From: a virus
Lineage: Duplodnaviria; Caudoviricetes
Reading direction: 5' to 3' (one strand)
Virus record (IMG/VR): IMGVR_UViG_3300031520_000199
Span: 1 to 37,357 of that record
Length of the DNA stretch: 37,357 nt
The notes beneath the pieces are model-generated. The model was not told the DNA's origin. It did no database searches and worked only from the letters and a program-made list of their open reading frames with translations. Positions 35,839 to 37,357 of the stretch are shown here, piece by piece. A program made the position numbers and the translations under genes. Within the stretch, counting starts at the first letter, position 1; every line of letters starts with the position of its first letter.

Positions 35839-36141
35839 GGCTGGTACAGGATCGGCAGGGCCAGGGAAGCGCGGACGCCAGCGCTGATATGGGGGCGCTG
35901 CCAAACGCGCTAACAGGACGTCCCTTTCACGGGCGGCGGCGGCGCGGGCGCTCGCGGCACGCTGATAATTGCGCACGGCGCGGTCTACGGTGTCGCGCCG
36001 CTCGTCGTCAGGGATGGTTTTCCACCCGCTGGGGCTGAACAGGTGCGTCACGCGGGCGCGGGCGGCGTCTACGTCGCGTCCGCAGGCATGGAGATAGGCG
36101 CGGGCGTGCTCGCAATCGGCCTGTGTCACGTCACTGCTCAT
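35770..36141 (-). CDS. Hypothetical protein
   Basis: RBS AGGAGG; ATGA coupling. Confidence 0.6.
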   Translation of the reverse strand: MSSDVTQADCEHARAYLHACGRDVDAARARVTHLFSPSGWKTIPDDERRDTVDRAVRNYQRAASARAAAARERDVLLARLAAPPYQRWRPRFPGPADPVPAREPHTPDDASRTHQMTRAAHTR

Positions 36142-36320
36142 GGGCGGGCCTCCTGTGCGGCGGCGGCTTTCCGGCGGTCGTGCCAGCGCTGCGAACGCGC
36201 GTTGTCGCGGGCTTTGCGGCACTCGGCGCTGCCGCAGATTGTCTGCGCCGAAGACTGCGGCGTGAATGCTTGGTGGCAAAACGGGCAGGTCTTGGGGGGC
36301 AGATTAGAGGGAGACGGCAT
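36138..36320 (-). CDS. Small Zn-finger protein
   Basis: CPFC...CGSAEC; GGAG before ATG 36320. Confidence 0.6.
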   Translation of the reverse strand: MPSPSNLPPKTCPFCHQAFTPQSSAQTICGSAECRKARDNARSQRWHDRRKAAAAQEARP

Positions 36321-36738
36321 GAGGAAACTCCGGTTCATTTTGGGGGAGAGGGCCGGGGAGCGATTGGCGTCGCCCCCGGCCTTTTGGCTCGGCTTTGCGT
36401 GGTCGTGGACGCGCTCCCGCATCCGGTGTTGGTTTGTTTCCATCCTCACCCGCCCCGAGAGGCGGGTGCAGCGCCTGGGGCCGCTCTGGGGGTGTCCAGT
36501 TGGGCCACAGGAACAGTTCGGGGCGGCAGCACAGGTGCGCGGCGCCGCGTTCGGCGTAGGCGCACGTGGCCCGTCCGTGCAGCTCAATGGCGCGGGCATG
36601 GCGGGGGCAGACGCGCATTCGCCGAGCAAAGCGCTTCAGCCCGCCGGGGCCTGCATAGCCGGCGGCAATGCGGGCCGCTTCCAGCCGGGTTTTCGGCGGG
36701 GTGTGTGTCCCTCCTTTTGTGGGTGGTGAAAAGGTCAT
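36304..36738 (-). CDS. Cro/XRE-like HTH protein
   Basis: RLEAARIAAG...KRFARRMRVCPRHARAIE...AAHLCCRPELF follows the XRE helix pattern; ATGA coupling. Confidence 0.5.
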   Translation of the reverse strand: MTFSPPTKGGTHTPPKTRLEAARIAAGYAGPGGLKRFARRMRVCPRHARAIELHGRATCAYAERGAAHLCCRPELFLWPNWTPPERPQALHPPLGAGEDGNKPTPDAGARPRPRKAEPKGRGRRQSLPGPLPQNEPEFPHAVSL

Positions 36739-37019
36739 AGCGCGTCCACATCCAATTCGTGACAGCTAGATTCATGGTAGAGGTAAAGGTCGGGGACGGC
36801 CAGAGTTTTGACGGCTTCTGTCCAGGCCCGGAGGCTGGACAGCCGGGCGCGGAAGAGGCGGCCATCGTGGGACTGCTGCCATTCGGCGGGAGCGTCGCCC
36901 CATTCTTGAGCATAGCGGGCCACCAGCGTGTCGGCGTATTCGCACAGGCGGTCATGCGTGGGGGCCGGGCTGAGGCGGGCACGCAGGCGGGAAAGCAAGC
37001 TTGTGGGAAGGACGGTCAT
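36735..37019 (-). CDS. Hypothetical protein
   Basis: RBS AGGAG; ATGA coupling. Confidence 0.55.
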   Translation of the reverse strand: MTVLPTSLLSRLRARLSPAPTHDRLCEYADTLVARYAQEWGDAPAEWQQSHDGRLFRARLSSLRAWTEAVKTLAVPDLYLYHESSCHELDVDAL

Positions 37020-37357
37020 GGCTTGTTCTCCTGCACCCACCTTGCGGCCCCCTCCAAGAGACTGGGAATGAGCGTTTGGAACTTGTCTCTGGTGGAATCA
37101 TGTTTTTCCAGAAACTCCCCCAGGTCGCTGAGGCTGCTGCCCATGATGCCAATCATCGGTTTGTGACGGGCGTCGTCCTCGCTCAGTATGCTAAGAATGC
37201 GGAAGGCGGCTGCCGACATTGCTGCGTGCATCAAGATGATTTCGGCAGGACTCATCTGCTGCTCCACCGTTGCTTTGATCTTCCGCGCAAAAGCTTCTCT
37301 CTCTTCTTCCGGCAGCGCGGAAAGCAGCGTCTTTAATAAGTCGAGCGTGCTGTTCAT
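37016..37357 (-). CDS. Hypothetical helical protein at the window edge
   Basis: 113-aa ORF; may extend upstream of the window. Confidence 0.55.
   Translation of the reverse strand: MNSTLDLLKTLLSALPEEEREAFARKIKATVEQQMSPAEIILMHAAMSAAAFRILSILSEDDARHKPMIGIMGSSLSDLGEFLEKHDSTRDKFQTLIPSLLEGAARWVQENKP

Larger units (their letters stand above)
1769..37357. mobile_element. Temperate siphovirus-like prophage (right end outside the window)
   Basis: Integrase next to a tRNA; contiguous terminase, portal, capsid, tail and lysis genes; no sheath gene; replication module at the right; no second copy of the tRNA 3' end seen. Confidence 0.92.

Overview
The window starts with about 1.6 kb of host genes (a hypothetical + HEPN-like pair and a secreted protein) and a tRNA-Lys(UUU). 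The rest is the left part of a GC-rich, siphovirus-type temperate prophage integrated at that tRNA; its right end is outside the window. Gene order: integrase, a convergent second tyrosine recombinase, and a leftward three-gene operon with anti-CRISPR-like architecture. A long rightward late region follows (TerS, TerL, portal, protease, HK97-type capsid, neck, two tail-tube paralogues, frameshifted chaperone, tape measure, Dit, hub/fibre, accessory beta-sandwich proteins, lysis genes), ending at a bidirectional terminator that faces a leftward early/replication module. Main leads: (1) an apparent two-part toolkit aimed at type I-C CRISPR-Cas, namely a Cas11/Cas8c-C-terminus-like domain fused to an AT-hook and RHH (4147-4545) and a 37-nt type I-C-like repeat with a 38-nt spacer and a repeat stub (31608-31687), with no other cas genes; (2) fibronectin-III-like domains that appear split across separate tail genes, suggesting strand-complementation assembly; (3) a transposase-free IS200/IS605-end element with a Zn-ribbon cargo in the neck module. 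All family calls come from motif recognition by eye; no database search was run.
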